Shown here: piece after piece, positions 35,185 to 47,849 of the stretch
Numbering within the stretch: the first letter of the stretch is position 1
Layout: every line of letters begins with the position of its first letter
From: Octopus bimaculoides
Taxonomy: Eukaryota
Assembly: GCF_001194135.2 (NCBI RefSeq)
Contig: NC_068987.1
Span: 48,107,443 to 48,158,967, forward strand
Length of the DNA stretch: 51,525 nt
Direction: 5' to 3'
Program-made: the position numbers and the translations under genes
Notes under the pieces: generated by a model
Seen by the model: the letters and a program-made list of their open reading frames with translations, nothing else
What the model was told of the DNA's origin: nothing
Databases searched by the model: none

Positions 35185-35945
35185 CAAGGTGTTCAGATAA
35201 ATTTTTGATGTGTCTTTTTTCCAAGAACAACTTCATGTACTGGTGAACAGTGATTGGTATTGGAGAGCATAAAGATTAAAGATGTATAGTTGAGAAAAAT
35301 GTTAGCTGACATGGAGGACTGGATATCTGAACATAAGAAAAATGTTACCGGTATCATGATGATTCACGCTATGTATCAAAATGCTAACATCATGACTGCT
35401 GCTCAATACTCTGTGAACACTGTAAAGACTGTATGGACAGCTGCAATGGAGACTGCAAGGCTGTTGTCAAGTAGGAAGATACAGCATGTGTTTTGACTGT
35501 GTCTGCTCACCAGAATTCATCTGACAACTGATGAATTGAGCCTTAGGCCCAATTCAGATGGCTAAGTGAAGCAACTGGAGACAGTGATCAATCTTTGGCT
35601 GGAGAGGGTTGCTATTAGAAGGTCAAGTGTATGATACCAGGATTTGGCTTGCCATACCTCTAGAAAGAGTCAGAAGTACTTTGCAGAGAACACCAAGTCC
35701 AAGGTAGGCCAAGATCAAGGAGATGTTTCAAGACCTTCCCAGGAGACAGTAAAGAATGCAGGTGCCAGGTTCCATAGCTGTGTTGAGGCTATGGTGGAAG
35801 CTGAGGACAGCTACTTTGTGTACACAACTCCCAGCCATAATCTATTCCATATTTTTTGGTCTTTTAAAATACTTTTATTTTTGGATAGGATATTGTGTTG
35901 TCTTTTTCGTTTTTGCAAATTGCCAAATTTATCCTGAACACCCTG
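35185..35945 (+). mobile_element. Tc1/mariner deletion derivative
   Basis: TIRs CAAGGTGTTCAGATAAATT and AATTTATCCTGAACACCCTG. C-terminal QD.ACHTSRKSQ...ETVKNAGARFHSCVEAMVEAEDSYF. Confidence 0.8.
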
Positions 35946-36556
35946 CAGATATATATATATATATATATATATANNNNNNNNNNNNNNNNNNNNNNNNNNN
36001 NNNNNNNNNNNNNNNNNNNNNNNNNNNNNNNNNNNNNNNNNNNNNNNNNNNNNNNNNNNNNNNNNNNNNNNNNNNNNNNNNNNNNNNNNNNNNNNNNNNN
36101 NNNNNNNNNNNNNNNNNNNNNNNNNNNNNNNNNNNNNNNNNNNNNNNNNNNNNNNNNNNNNNNNNNNNNNNNNNNNNNNNNNNNNNNNNNNNNNNNNNNN
36201 NNNNNNNNNNNNNNNNNNNNNNNNNNNNNNNNNNNNNNNNNNNNNNNNNNNNNNNNNNNNNNNNNNNNNNNNNNNNNNNNNNNNNNNNNNNNNNNNNNNN
36301 NNNNNNNNNNNNNNNNNNNNNNNNNNNNNNNNNNNNNNNNNNNNNNNNNNNNNNNNNNNNNNNNNNNNNNNNNNNNNNNNNNNNNNNNNNNNNNNNNNNN
36401 NNNNNNNNNNNNNNNNNNNNNNNNNNNNNNNNNNNNNNNNNNNNNNNNNNNNNNNNNNNNNNNNNNNNNNNNNNNNNNNNNNNNNNNNNNNNNNNNNNNN
36501 NNNNNNNNNNNNNNNNNNNNNNNNNNNNNNNNNNNNNNNNNNNNNNNNNNNNNNNN

Positions 36557-37335
36557 GTGTAATGTCAGTGTGCATACTAGACAGAGTGTTAGTACCTTGA
36601 GAGAAAAGTTGAACTTACGAAGCATCAGTTGTGGTGTGCAAGAGAGACGATTGTGCTGGTATGGTCATGTAGCGAGAATGGATGAGGATAGCTGTGTGAA
36701 AAAGTGCCGCACCCTAGCAGTTGAGGGCACCTGTGGAAGAGGTAGGCCCAGGAAGACCTGGGATGAGGTGGTGAGGCACGACCTTTGAACATTGGGCCTC
36801 ACCAAGGCAATGACTTCTGACCGAGACCTCTAGAAATATGCTGTGCATGAGAAGACCCGGCAAGCCAAGTGAGACCTAAATCTAAGGCCTCAGCCAGTCC
36901 ACTTATGCGTACCTTCCTTCATTGGACACGAAACTCAGCTTGCTAAGACCTGTTGGAGCAAGCGAAAGTGAAATTGTGATGGCACCTGTGCCCAGCGTTG
37001 CCTCTCTGGCACTTGTGCCTGCGGCATGTGTAAGGACTTTCGAGCGAGATCGTTGCCAGTGCCCCTGGACTGGCTCTTGTGCGGGTGGCACATAAAATAC
37101 ACCATTTTGAGCGTGGCCGTTGCCAGTACCACCTGACTGGCCTCCGTGCCGGTGGCACGTAAAAGTACCCACTACACTCTCAGAGTGGTTGGTGTTAGGA
37201 AGGGCATCCAGCTGTAGAAACTCTGCCAAATCAGATTGGAGCCTGGTGTAGCCATCTGGTTTCACCAGTCCTCAGTCAAATCGTCCAACCCATGCTAGCA
37301 TGGAAAGCAGACGTTAAACAACGATGATGATGATA
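36557..37335 (+). mobile_element. RTE LINE 3' end: C-terminal ORF, 3' UTR and (GAT)n tail
   Basis: ERRLCWYGHVARM...GRGRPRKTWDEVV, then a UTR ending CCATGCTAGCATGGAAAGCAGACGTTAAAC(GAT)n. The 5' part lies in an N gap. Confidence 0.9.
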
Positions 37336-37882
37336 NNNNNNNNNNNNNNNNNNNNNNNNNNNNNNNNNNNNNNNNNNNNNNNNNNNNNNNNNNNNNNNNN
37401 NNNNNNNNNNNNNNNNNNNNNNNNNNNNNNNNNNNNNNNNNNNNNNNNNNNNNNNNNNNNATATGTATATATATATATATATATAAACATACACACACAC
37501 TTATTTATATATGCAATGCTTCGCTAATTCAGCTATTTAGCAGAGTTTCTACATTCCAATTTTTTTAAATTTTGAAATGAATCACCCAAAGTATCCAATT
37601 AATCCAAGAAAAGATTACAGTTCCTTAGGGTCTTTTGGCTGATTTATTCCATTCTAAGCCACTTACAGTTGATTGAAAACATCTCAACCTGGCTCGTGGC
37701 ATTTGAACTACACTGTCACGTAGTTGGTAGGGAACAAATATTCTCGTTCACAAATATAGATTTCCATCTTCTAATGTTAGTTGATCACACACACATTTGA
37801 AAGGGAGGTGGCACTTGTTTTGCAAAGTCCGTTTTCCAGATTTGACTGTGCATTTGATTTGCTGAATTTGTGTCGTATTCAG

Positions 37883-38283
37883 TAACATTTTTCACACAAT
37901 CAATGTACATGGCTCAAAATGGAATGTCACTCACACGCTCAACTGCGAAGACTATTCCCTCGTCTACTATTCATGGCATCAACATGAGGAATTTTAGAAC
38001 CAGTGAATACTGCAATTTTGAAAATCTGAAAATGTCTAAAACATCAGTGAGTGAAAAACTCATACTGTCTCAGTTGGTTGTTGATCTAAGGAAGCGGCGA
38101 GGAGAGAAAGTTCTTCAAGCTAATGAAGTTAACAAACTCAGTTTAGAACCTACAGAACAATTTTTACAATGTTCTTTGCAAATATCTGAAGTTTGCAATG
38201 ACAGTTCAAAAGGGGAAGTCATTGCCTGTTCCAAAGCAACTACACAAGATAAAAGGCAAAACTTGAGTGACAAGTCCTCTTAG
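37883..38283 (+). CDS. Candidate terminal exon, unidentified (VTFFTQSMYMAQN...QDKRQNLSDKSS*)
   Basis: 426-nt stop-free frame (37858-38283) in apparently unique sequence, with a T-rich acceptor gtgtcgtattcag. No upstream partner exon or TE motif was identified. Confidence 0.35.
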
Positions 38284-38446
38284 CAACACTATTGTCAAGT
38301 TTTGTAATTTGCTTATTCCATAAGCACAGGTATAAGAACAAGGATCAAATAACTGTAAACTACAAATTTCTATTTCGCCGTACCAGAAGCACAACCAACA
38401 GCAGAATGTATGAAAAGGGGGTAACAACACCTGCAATACTGTAGCA

Positions 38447-41400
38447 ATTTTTTTATTGCCCACAGGGGGCTAAACACATAGGGGACAGTACAATGGTGGG
38501 ACCTTAAAGATGAAAACAAATACAATAAAATTTAAACTTTTGGATTTACATGAATGATTAGGATGAACAATCTAGACAAACAATGAAGTGGGGGACAGGT
38601 TCTGCTTCAGCCCCGCAAGCACCATTTCACCGCTGAGACCTTTAATTAACCTTATGGATACATTATGCAGGCTCATTCATTCTTACCATGCTTGCAACAG
38701 CCATCCATCTTTTCTTATACACATCTGGAGCCAAGCACTTCCAAGATGCCTATCCTGGTTCCTTTCATACAAGTCTTCCACACTGCCTCTTTTACTATAG
38801 CAACTACGGTGAGAAAACAAACCTTACCTTCTGTATTAAAGGAGGAAGGGGGAACAATTTTTAAGATCGACTCGGAAGACAGTTGTACTCTTCCCAGCCG
38901 TGACAGCAGATGTTCTACGTAAACCCACATTTCTGATATTTTAGGGCATTGCACAATTGCATGCAGAACAGTTTCCATCCTGCTTGCATCTTGGGCACAT
39001 GGGTGAACAAGAGCCACCATGCCTTACGAGTTTATTGCAAACAGGTAGGGCTCTTCAGTAACACTGCCAGGCCAGAGATCATTGGAAGTTATCCAAGGGT
39101 CCTGGCCCAAATGTTCTTTGGAACAGGCTGGCTAGTTGATTTTCATTGAGGCCCAGAGTCTCCACCAGGCTGTCATCACACCTAGCCTCTACCAACCTTC
39201 TATAAAAGGACGAGGTGGAAGCCCTACTGCTGGCGTTACCTGGGTGAGAGAGAAGCAAGAGTGCTTGACAGCACTCCACATGCCATTCACTGGACTTTGG
39301 TCTACGCCTGATCCATGGTTCTAGCTTGCTAAACTCATGAACCTGGGAAATAATGATCCGACGAACAGAGACCATACCTGTTCACCATTCATGTAGAACC
39401 ACATATGCCTTAGCCACAATGCATGTCTGTGCAACAACAGCCAAGGCATCCCTAACCCACCCTTTAGCGGGTGCTGGCAGCAGACAGAACACTTTACAAG
39501 AGGACCTCTGCATTTCCACAAAGAACGAAAAAGGAGACACAGCAACTTGAGCAGCCACAAACTGGGACAAGGCACGACAGTTAGGCAGTAGGTAATCACA
39601 GAGGCAATAAACATCTCTGTGACCTTCACCCTCCCTTTCAGAGATAACCACCACTGAGTAAAGTAGGTCACCCAGCTCGTCACTTCGCCCCAATTCTTCT
39701 CTGTCTGGAGGTCTGGACCAAACCAAACCCCTAGCATTTTAACCGGCCTCTCTGTCCAACATCCTACGACATTGTTAGGAGGTATCAACTTGCTCCTCCA
39801 GGTGACAAGTTGCAAACCAACTGATTTATCCTGGTTGACTTTTGCTCCTGCCACCACCTCATATTCCTTGATAGCCTCACCCACATTCTGTAGGTGATCC
39901 ACCTTGGACACAATGATGGTGATATCATCCACAACCAAGATCACACAGGATGCCCCGCAGATTCTCCAACTTCCACAGTAAAGGCTCTGGAGCCAATACA
40001 TACAGAAGTGGGGAGAGGGGACATTGTTGACGAACTGAGCACTTGATGTTGAACAGCATCGACAGGAATCCGTTCACCCAGATGATTGAGTTGATGTTGC
40101 TGTACAAAGCTGCAGAAGACAGGGCCAAGTCCAAACACTACAAGGACTGTCACCAGGCACTGATTGTCAACCCTATCAAACGCCCTAGACTGGTCTAAAT
40201 GGAACAGAGCCCCACCCATGCCAGTAGATCTATTAACCCTCTCTAAGTTGTAGTGGAGACTGTTGTGTATGGATATGCCTAGAACAGCACAAGTTTGTAC
40301 CTCCCAGACAAGTCCACCCATGACATGCACCAACCTTTTTACTAATACCTTGGCCAAAATCTTCAACTCTGTGTTAAGCAGAGTGATAGGCTGGAAATTA
40401 TCTATAATATCCCCCTTGTTTGGGTTCTTTCTAAGCAGCACCACTCTCTGGCTTACAGATCTGGGGATAAACCCATTCTGCTGCCAGTTGGTGAAGACGC
40501 AAGCCAGTAGGTGCCCAAACAAGTCTGGCATACTACAATAAAGTTCGTAGGGGAGACCATCTTCCAGTGACTTATCCCCGCTGCAATCTGCCAAAGCCTC
40601 TTCAACCTCTGCAGCTGTGATTGGCCCTTCACAGCATTCTGCTTCCCGTCGTGAGAGATGTGGCAAACTGGTGAGGAAGTCTGTGAGGTCCTTCCTGCAC
40701 TGTGGCCCACTGCCCCTCCTGTAAAGAGTTTGTCTATCAAGTTCTCTTGATCATTTGTCAAAGACTTTATTGAATTTTTATTTCCTTGTTGAGCCTCTAT
40801 CACACGGGCCCATCCAGCAGCTTTGATCCCGTCCTGTCCCATTACACATTGCTTAGCCCTGACCATGCATCCCTCATATTCAACCTTGAGGTGTTGTCTT
40901 GAAACCAGTCTCAGGGTGCGGAGCCTGATCCCAGTACTTCAACTAGAGCCTTAACTAAAACTCGTTCTATTCTATTTTTCTTAGCAATTAACTCTTTGCT
41001 GGAGGATTGATATTTTATCCTCCAATCCAGTTGTGATGGCAACTACTAGCCAAGCTGGATCTACCTGGTGGTATGTCTCCTACCCTAATCTCAGAAGTCA
41101 GCCTTCCAAGATAAGTGGGTAGGAGCACCACTTCTGCTGTTTTAAGTGAGTCAGTGGACACTTGCTTGGCTTTCTCCTCGCTTCTATAGTGAACCTTAGT
41201 TGTCGTGAACTTGGATCCTCTGGTTATGTACTCAATGTCGTTCCATTTTGATTTTAGACATAACTCTACAGCTTGTCTAGAAGCAATATCCAGTCTCTTG
41301 TTTTTTATTAGAAAGAATTTATATATAACCATGCACCTTAATGCTTTGTGCGCAGTTTCACTGGGAGGGGTAATTTTTGTTTCACTCCCCTCCTGTTTTA

Positions 41401-41745
41401 CCATTCCTTTAAATTTTGGCAGCTCATCATTGTCACAATTTATATCCCTTTTTTAAATTCCTGTAGAATTGGTAAGATTGGTTCTTTTTCCTTTGGTAAA
41501 TTCTTCTTTGGTTGGCATATTGTGTATTTCCATAGTGAATCCGCTAGTACTAGGACCAGCTTCAACGTTAGTCCTGACTTTCACTGGTGATTTATCCATT
41601 TCACCAAAAAACATTTTTTTTTTCAACAATAATTTTCCCCCTTCACACAAAGGGGAAAAGATAACAAAATCTACCCTTAGCAGACAAAAAAGTGTTTGAA
41701 AAAACGCTATAAAAAAAGGTTCAACAGCCAAACAAACAAATCAAA
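38447..41745 (-). mobile_element. Tx1/L1-clade non-LTR retrotransposon, disrupted, endonuclease region apparently missing
   Basis: ORF1-like segment at 41015-41640. RT motifs DGLPYELY, FQPITLLNTELKILAKVL, DQSRAFDRV, PLSPLLYV and VDDITI. 3' end AATAAA-AAAA at about 38447-38458 on the minus strand. Confidence 0.88.
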
Positions 41746-42859
41746 CAGCAAAAATATTACTAACCATAAGTAAAAATCCCAACCGTGATCCTGTAGTGAT
41801 GGAATAAATTGTATTCCCAGTTTACATTAGTTGCAATTTACAGAAGGAGAAAAACGGACAAGTTCACATAAAACTCATGCATGCCATGAGACAGGCAGTT
41901 TTTGATTATTTAAACAAATGTGTGTGCGTGTGTTTGTCTCCCCACAATTGCTTGACAACCGATGTTGGTGTCTTTATGTCCACATAACTTAGCAGTGCGG
42001 CAAAAGCACTAGGCTTACAAAGAATAAGTCCTGGGATAGATTTCTTCAACTAAAATCCTTTAAGGTGGTGCTCCAGTATAGCCACAGTCAAAGACTGAAA
42101 AAAGTGAAAGAATTTCATTTACGAGTTGTCTCCCCTAAACCATATGCGTTATAAATCTTGGCGGAAATAAGTTCGGCTGGCGTTCTCTTTCCTTTACAAG
42201 AACCGCTGCTTATTCAGTATAGCTAACAATGTTTAATGACGGTATAATGGGTTTATTTTATACAGAGGTCAGGTGCTCTAGAACTTGTTGGCAAAGGGTA
42301 AAAGCGGAGACAGAGAGCAGACGTCAAGCAAAGAAAGACCATTTCTGAGCCTTCATGCATATTCAATTGAAATAACAGTTTCTAATAAAGGCTTCTTGGT
42401 CACAGGAATTCTTAGAATATAAGTACTTTTTGCAACACTGCCTTCATCAAATTTGGTGTTTCTTTTTACAAAAAATTTTAAGTCAAGTTGTTACTCAGAA
42501 ATCGGTTTTAAATGTTTTTTGGCATCATCACTGGTTTTATTAGAAGTTTCCTTTTGAAAAGGTCAAAAAGACTTGAACATTTTAAACCTTTATTCAAATG
42601 AATCTATTACATAAAGGACACACTTCAGTTTTTGGATCAAAACTGTTTTCAATAAAACCCCAAGAGAGGTTATGAATCTTGACAACACTTTCTTCACTCC
42701 ACTTACTGATTGTTACAAGTTTTTGTAATTACAACAAAAGTTTTTATAATATCTGATTTTTGCTATCTCTGTATCATAGTAAAAGTATATACAACATTGA
42801 AATACATGATGCTGTTGTTTTTGTCTGAGAGAAAAGCTCTTCATTGACATGTTAAAAAT

Positions 42860-43430
42860 ACAATATATATCTAGCCAAAAATAAACTCCTGTACCTGGCT
42901 CTTGTTGACTTGGAGAAAGCCCTTGGGAGAGTCCCCCACTCCCTTATCTGGTAGTCAATATGGAAGCTAGGGATAGATGAGTGGTTGGTGAGAGCTGTAC
43001 AAGCCAATGTACAAGGATGCTGTCAGTAAGGTAAAGGTTAGCAATGAGTATAGCGAGGAATTCAGAGTAGAAGTAGGAGTTCGCCAAAGATCAGTTCTCA
43101 GCCCCTTCTTGTTCATCATAGTCCTCCAGGCAATGACAGAGAAATTTAAGACAAGCTACCCCTGGGAGCTCCTCTATGCTGATGACTTTGTTCTTATAGC
43201 TGAATCACTACCTGAACTGGAGAAGAAATTTCAGGTATGGAGGCAAGGTCTAGTATCAAAGGGCCTTGAGTTTATCTAGCAAAAACCAAAGTCTTACTAA
43301 ATAGGAGAGCAGACAAATCGCAAATCCCTTCAATCTGTAGGAAAGGCGATGGTAGAAACACCATAAGATATACCCAGTGCAAGCTATGGATGCATAAGAG
43401 GGGCAGCAATATCAGGAAGATTAACTGGGA
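42860..43430 (+). mobile_element. RTE LINE reverse transcriptase fragment
   Basis: VDLEKALGRVP, VGVRQRSVLSPFLF and PWELLYADDFVL. Confidence 0.9.
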
Positions 43431-43589
43431 AAATAATTTTTGTGTGTGGAAAATGCACAGGTATAATAAACATAAATATGACTCAAACTTCTTTCAAATC
43501 TTAAAATTTCGTGTTAATTTATGCTTCAATCATCAGCTTAATAATGACAAAGTTAGTCTATATTTTTCATTAGTTTCAAAATTAATTGA

Positions 43590-44380
43590 CATAAAGAGGG
43601 TGTATTTCAATGGACATTTGGCCAACAGACATTTAGCCAAGCAGACCATATGACCGACAGACATTTGGTTAAATGCAATTTTTAATTGTTTAATTTTATT
43701 TCTAATTTGTCAACAAAAGGGATAAATAGGATAAAAAGATAAAATCATTGCTTATAAATTTTTGGCAAATTTACTGAAGGATAAAAAATATTAATTGTAA
43801 TGTAACTCCCAATCAGACTGCTCAAACACTGGGCGAAATGGAAGAAGCATCCATAAATGTTTGTGTTTGGGAAACATGCTGTCATGCAATTAATCACCGC
43901 CCTTTCATAGTCAATGGTAACTGAAACTGGATTAAGATCTGGTCTCATTTTGGGGTGTTAAAAATCAAGTCATAAGTTGCTTGGTTTTTATTCCTTGTAA
44001 TTTAATATACTAAGGTAATTGTATGGCTCTCATTTAACAACATGTATATAACTGAAAGCATACTGGTGCAGAATCAAAAGTCCCATCACACACTCAGTTG
44101 TCTTTGGAAGCAAAAAGCTGTAAGTTCTGAGGCGTCGATAGAATTAGCAGATTGTCACTTTCATGGATGACAAAGTCTTCTCCTCTCATTGATTTCCATA
44201 AGTTGTCAGTTAAAACCTCACCGTCAGGAGCCGTGTGTTGTCGGCACACCAATCTTATTTCTTTTTGGGAAGAGTACCTGCAACATTGAGCAGGTATTCA
44301 CTGGTTTTTGTATAATTGTTTCGCATGTAGTGAAGAATTATGTGTACCAACAACAAATTAAGTACAGTGAATAAATTATT
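43590..44380 (-). mobile_element. Mutator-like (MULE) transposase remnant with terminal sub-repeats
   Basis: Minus-strand VCDGTFDSAPVCFQLYT and TIDYERAVIN...FPNTNIYGCFFHFAQCL. GACATTT(G/A)G repeats at 43610-43670. Confidence 0.85.
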
Positions 44381-44429
44381 TTAATTATGAATCGATTCAC
44401 TCATTTATTTACTTCAAAGGCATACACAT

Positions 44430-44737
44430 TCCTTTTACTTGTTTCAGTCGAGCAAATTGACCCCAGGACTTATTCTTTGGAAGTCTAGTACTTATTCTAT
44501 CGATCTCCTTTGCTGAACCGCTGAGTTACGGGGATCTAAACATACCAGCATCGGTTGTCAAGCGATGTTGGGGGGACAAACACACACATATATATATGTA
44601 TATATATACATATATACGACGGGCTTCTTTCAGTTTCCATCTACCAAATCCACTCGCCTAAGGTATCACGCAGTGGGACTGAACCCGGAACCATGTGGTT
44701 CGTAAGCAAGCTACTTACCATACAGCCACTCCTACGC
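44430..44737 (-). mobile_element. tRNA-derived SINE with an internal microsatellite
   Basis: Same family as 1130-1428. Confidence 0.85.
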
Positions 44738-44768
44738 CTATGTTTACCATGATACACATTTAACCACT

Positions 44769-44802
<34 letters not shown>

Positions 44803-45224
44803 GGGTGAGAGAGTTGGTATGTGAAAGCTCGTGGTTGGATGTATAAAAGACAAAGAAGAGTGAAAAAACTACAGAAGGCTTGTGTTATATGGTTAAAGTA
44901 TATATTTAAATCGTTGTTAGAAAAATCTTATAAAATTTTGCGTATAGTAACATTGTCTTTGGAGAAATAACTGGTTTTGTATTTTCTTTTCAAATTTCTC
45001 TACCTATAGTGTGTTATGTCTTCGCTATGTTGTGAAAAATGGAGTTCCAGACAGGGGAAGGTAATCAGGGATTTTTCCGGTATAAGGGAGATAATAAAAA
45101 ATGTTGGGAATGACTAAGTTTTATTAATTTAACATGATATGGTTTAGAAGGAACAGAATGTAACAAGTGGTTCGGTTTTGCTTCATATTTTTTTCAATGA
45201 GTTGAGTTTCCTTATTTAAAAATG

Positions 45225-45910
45225 TTAGAAACGGTTGAGTTTTGGCTTATATTTGTCAATGAATAAGGTTTCCTTATTTAATCTAACTTGTGTTGGTGTT
45301 CCAATGGCACATTGATAGAATGGAAACATAAATTGTGGTAGCAATTGCTTTGCACATTTCTCAATATGTTCACTAAAGGGTATCATTCTGTATTCTGGGA
45401 ATGCAATCTGCTGTCGATGCAGAGTGCATCTGAGCGATAATCCCGTGGACCCTATGTAGTTTTGGTGGCAGCCCAAGCATCTTATAACATAAAATCAGAT
45501 TTGATTTTGAATTTTTGTTCCTCTTTGAAAAGGAATTCTGATCTTTCTAGAAGGTTTGGGCATGTTGCGCAATTTGGTCGACCACATTTTTTTCACTTTT
45601 GCATCTGTTATTTTAGAAAATTATTTTGCCTTTGTGAGTATTTTTTTATTGATTTCGGTTGTTTGTGGCTTTCAATGATCTTATGTGTGTGTAAAATTTC
45701 CTTTAATTTGGGGTCCTTATGTAGCATTGGTAAATTTTGGGTGATGATAGTGAAGGCTTCTTTGGTTCTGGGGTTGTATGTGGATATGTATGGCAGTATT
45801 TTCATGCTGTGTTGAACTTTTCTTAAGGTTTCTATGTCGATTTGTGTTGCATGTCTGATTCCATCCTCTGAGTTGAACTGGTGATTATAAAAATCACCAA
45901 AGATGTACAT
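45225..45910 (-). mobile_element. Penelope-like element, C-terminal region with GIY-YIG
   Basis: ILPYISTYNP, CHQNYIGST, and RLNKETLFIDKYKPKLN. Confidence 0.8.
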
Positions 45911-46685
45911 ACATACACCAAACCCAGGACCTAAAACTACGACCCATTATAGCTGGCCCAGCCTGTGAAACACACAGAATCTTCATCTACCTTTGGACAC
46001 CCCCTTTCCCAGTACATAAAAGAAAATTGGAAAAGATTAGAGAAATAGCAGTGGTTCAGGAAGATGGGGGTGGAGAATGATGTGCAACGTATATGAGTGA
46101 TGGAGAGGAAAATGTAGGGTACATAAGGGTGTCTATAGTGTGTGGGGCATGAGGATGGTTATGGGAGAGGTTTAGAGAATAACAGCAGATATATGGAGTA
46201 TGGCAGAAGAAAGAGATATCTGAAGGTACAGAAAGATGTGATTGGTGAGAAGTGTGGGAAGGAAAGGGTAGATAATGAGAATAAAGGATGGATGATTCCA
46301 GTGGGAAAGGAGATAACTGTAGAAAAAAAAGATAGTGCCAATTCTGCTGTCAAATTATTACAGCCACCAAATTGTGCCACAGATATTGTAGTTAAGGAGG
46401 GATGGGGTGTGGGAGAATGCTTGATGGTGCAGAATGGGTTACAAACCTACACAGAATGCTTTTAGGACACATCTTTGCTGAGATGGCTGGTCTTCTCTAG
46501 TACAGCACAAAGTGCCAATCATCTCAGTTCATTGCCAACTTCTTCATGAGATCTGCTTTCATTACTTCGTTCCATGTCCTCCACTAGTTCCATACACTTT
46601 CAGTGACATCTTTATGCAGCTGTCCTCATCCATACACATCACATGGTCATTTCAGTACAGCCTTCTCTCTAGCACACTGCATCTA

Positions 46686-47776
46686 TGAGGATGTCTGTAA
46701 AATTCATAGGCTGACTATGAAGGAGTGATGCTAGAGCAGTGAAATGTTGCATACATTGATTTCAACTCTTCATTGTTTTTTTCCAGGTAAACTGACATTT
46801 GGCTCTTCAAAGAAAACTTCAAAAGTAACTTGTAATGATTTCTCTTGAAAATCAATAAAAATTTAGCAGTGCTGTTGTAAAGTACCTACAGAAGGTTTTA
46901 GCTCCCAAGGGCATTCATGCTGACATGGTTACTACATTAGGGAGGATGCGCCAGCTTTATCAACAGTGCAAAAGTGGGTGAATTTAGGAGAGGAAATGAA
47001 AGACTTGAAGATGACACCTGCAACTGCTACCAGAGGAAAACACTGTGTGCACCACATAGTGATGGATAACAGGCAATTGACTTCAAATCAAATAGCAAAT
47101 GCTATTAGTATATCACATGAGAGACTTGAGAATATTCTACACTATGAACATGGTATGATGAAAGTTTCTGCTCAGTAGGTGCCATGTCTTCTGACATCTC
47201 ATCAAAAGTGTACTGGGTTGATTACATCATGGTAAAATCTGGCAATCCATGGAGCTCCTCACCTGCTCCAAAGGCCACAGCTATTTCATCTGCAAGGAAG
47301 AATACCCTCAGTTCAAAAGGGCCACACGATCAATGGAGAATACTATGCCAACTTGCTGAGGCAGTATGAAAGGCTATCAAGACCAGCCACCCAGGAAAAC
47401 TGGCAAAAGGGGTCTTGTTTCATGAGGACAATGCTCCAGCACAGAAGTCCTTGGTTTCAAGGACTGCTGTACATAACACTGGCTTTGAAATATTTGATCA
47501 GTCTCCCTATTCTCCTGATTTGGCACCATCCAACTATCATGTTCCCCAACATAAAACACTTGGCTAGGAACCAGTATGGCAATGATAACATCATATTTGT
47601 TGTTGATGACTTTTTTGTGCAACAGGAAGATTTTAAACCAATGGGACCCAAACACTGCAACACCAATGGAAGAAGTGTGTGGAGTGCAAGGAGGATTATG
47701 TTGAAAAAGAAACTTCATTTGGTCACATTCCATGAGAGTATCTTGGTCAGCCTATGAACTTTAAAGCCAACCCTTG
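46686..47776 (+). mobile_element. mariner element, defective
   Basis: TA-flanked TIRs of about 30 bp sharing TTCATAGGCTGAC. Motifs STVQKW, LFHEDNAPA and SPYSPDLAPS. Confidence 0.9.
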
Positions 47777-47849
47777 TAATTCCTCTTATACCTAATTTTT
47801 CTCTCAATATCTTAGCACTTTGATACTGCATATCCAACACACTCCTCTG

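Noticed and set aside
38360-38430. Minus-strand hydrophobic exon GVVTPFSYILLLVVLLVRRNRNL*
   Set aside because: The acceptor has no pyrimidine tract and abuts the Tx1 poly(A) junction; no partner exon was found.
45165-45200. Second hammerhead downstream of the minus-strand Penelope remnant
   Set aside because: Only ATGAAG...CCGAAC is left, with no CUGAUGA core or pairable stems.
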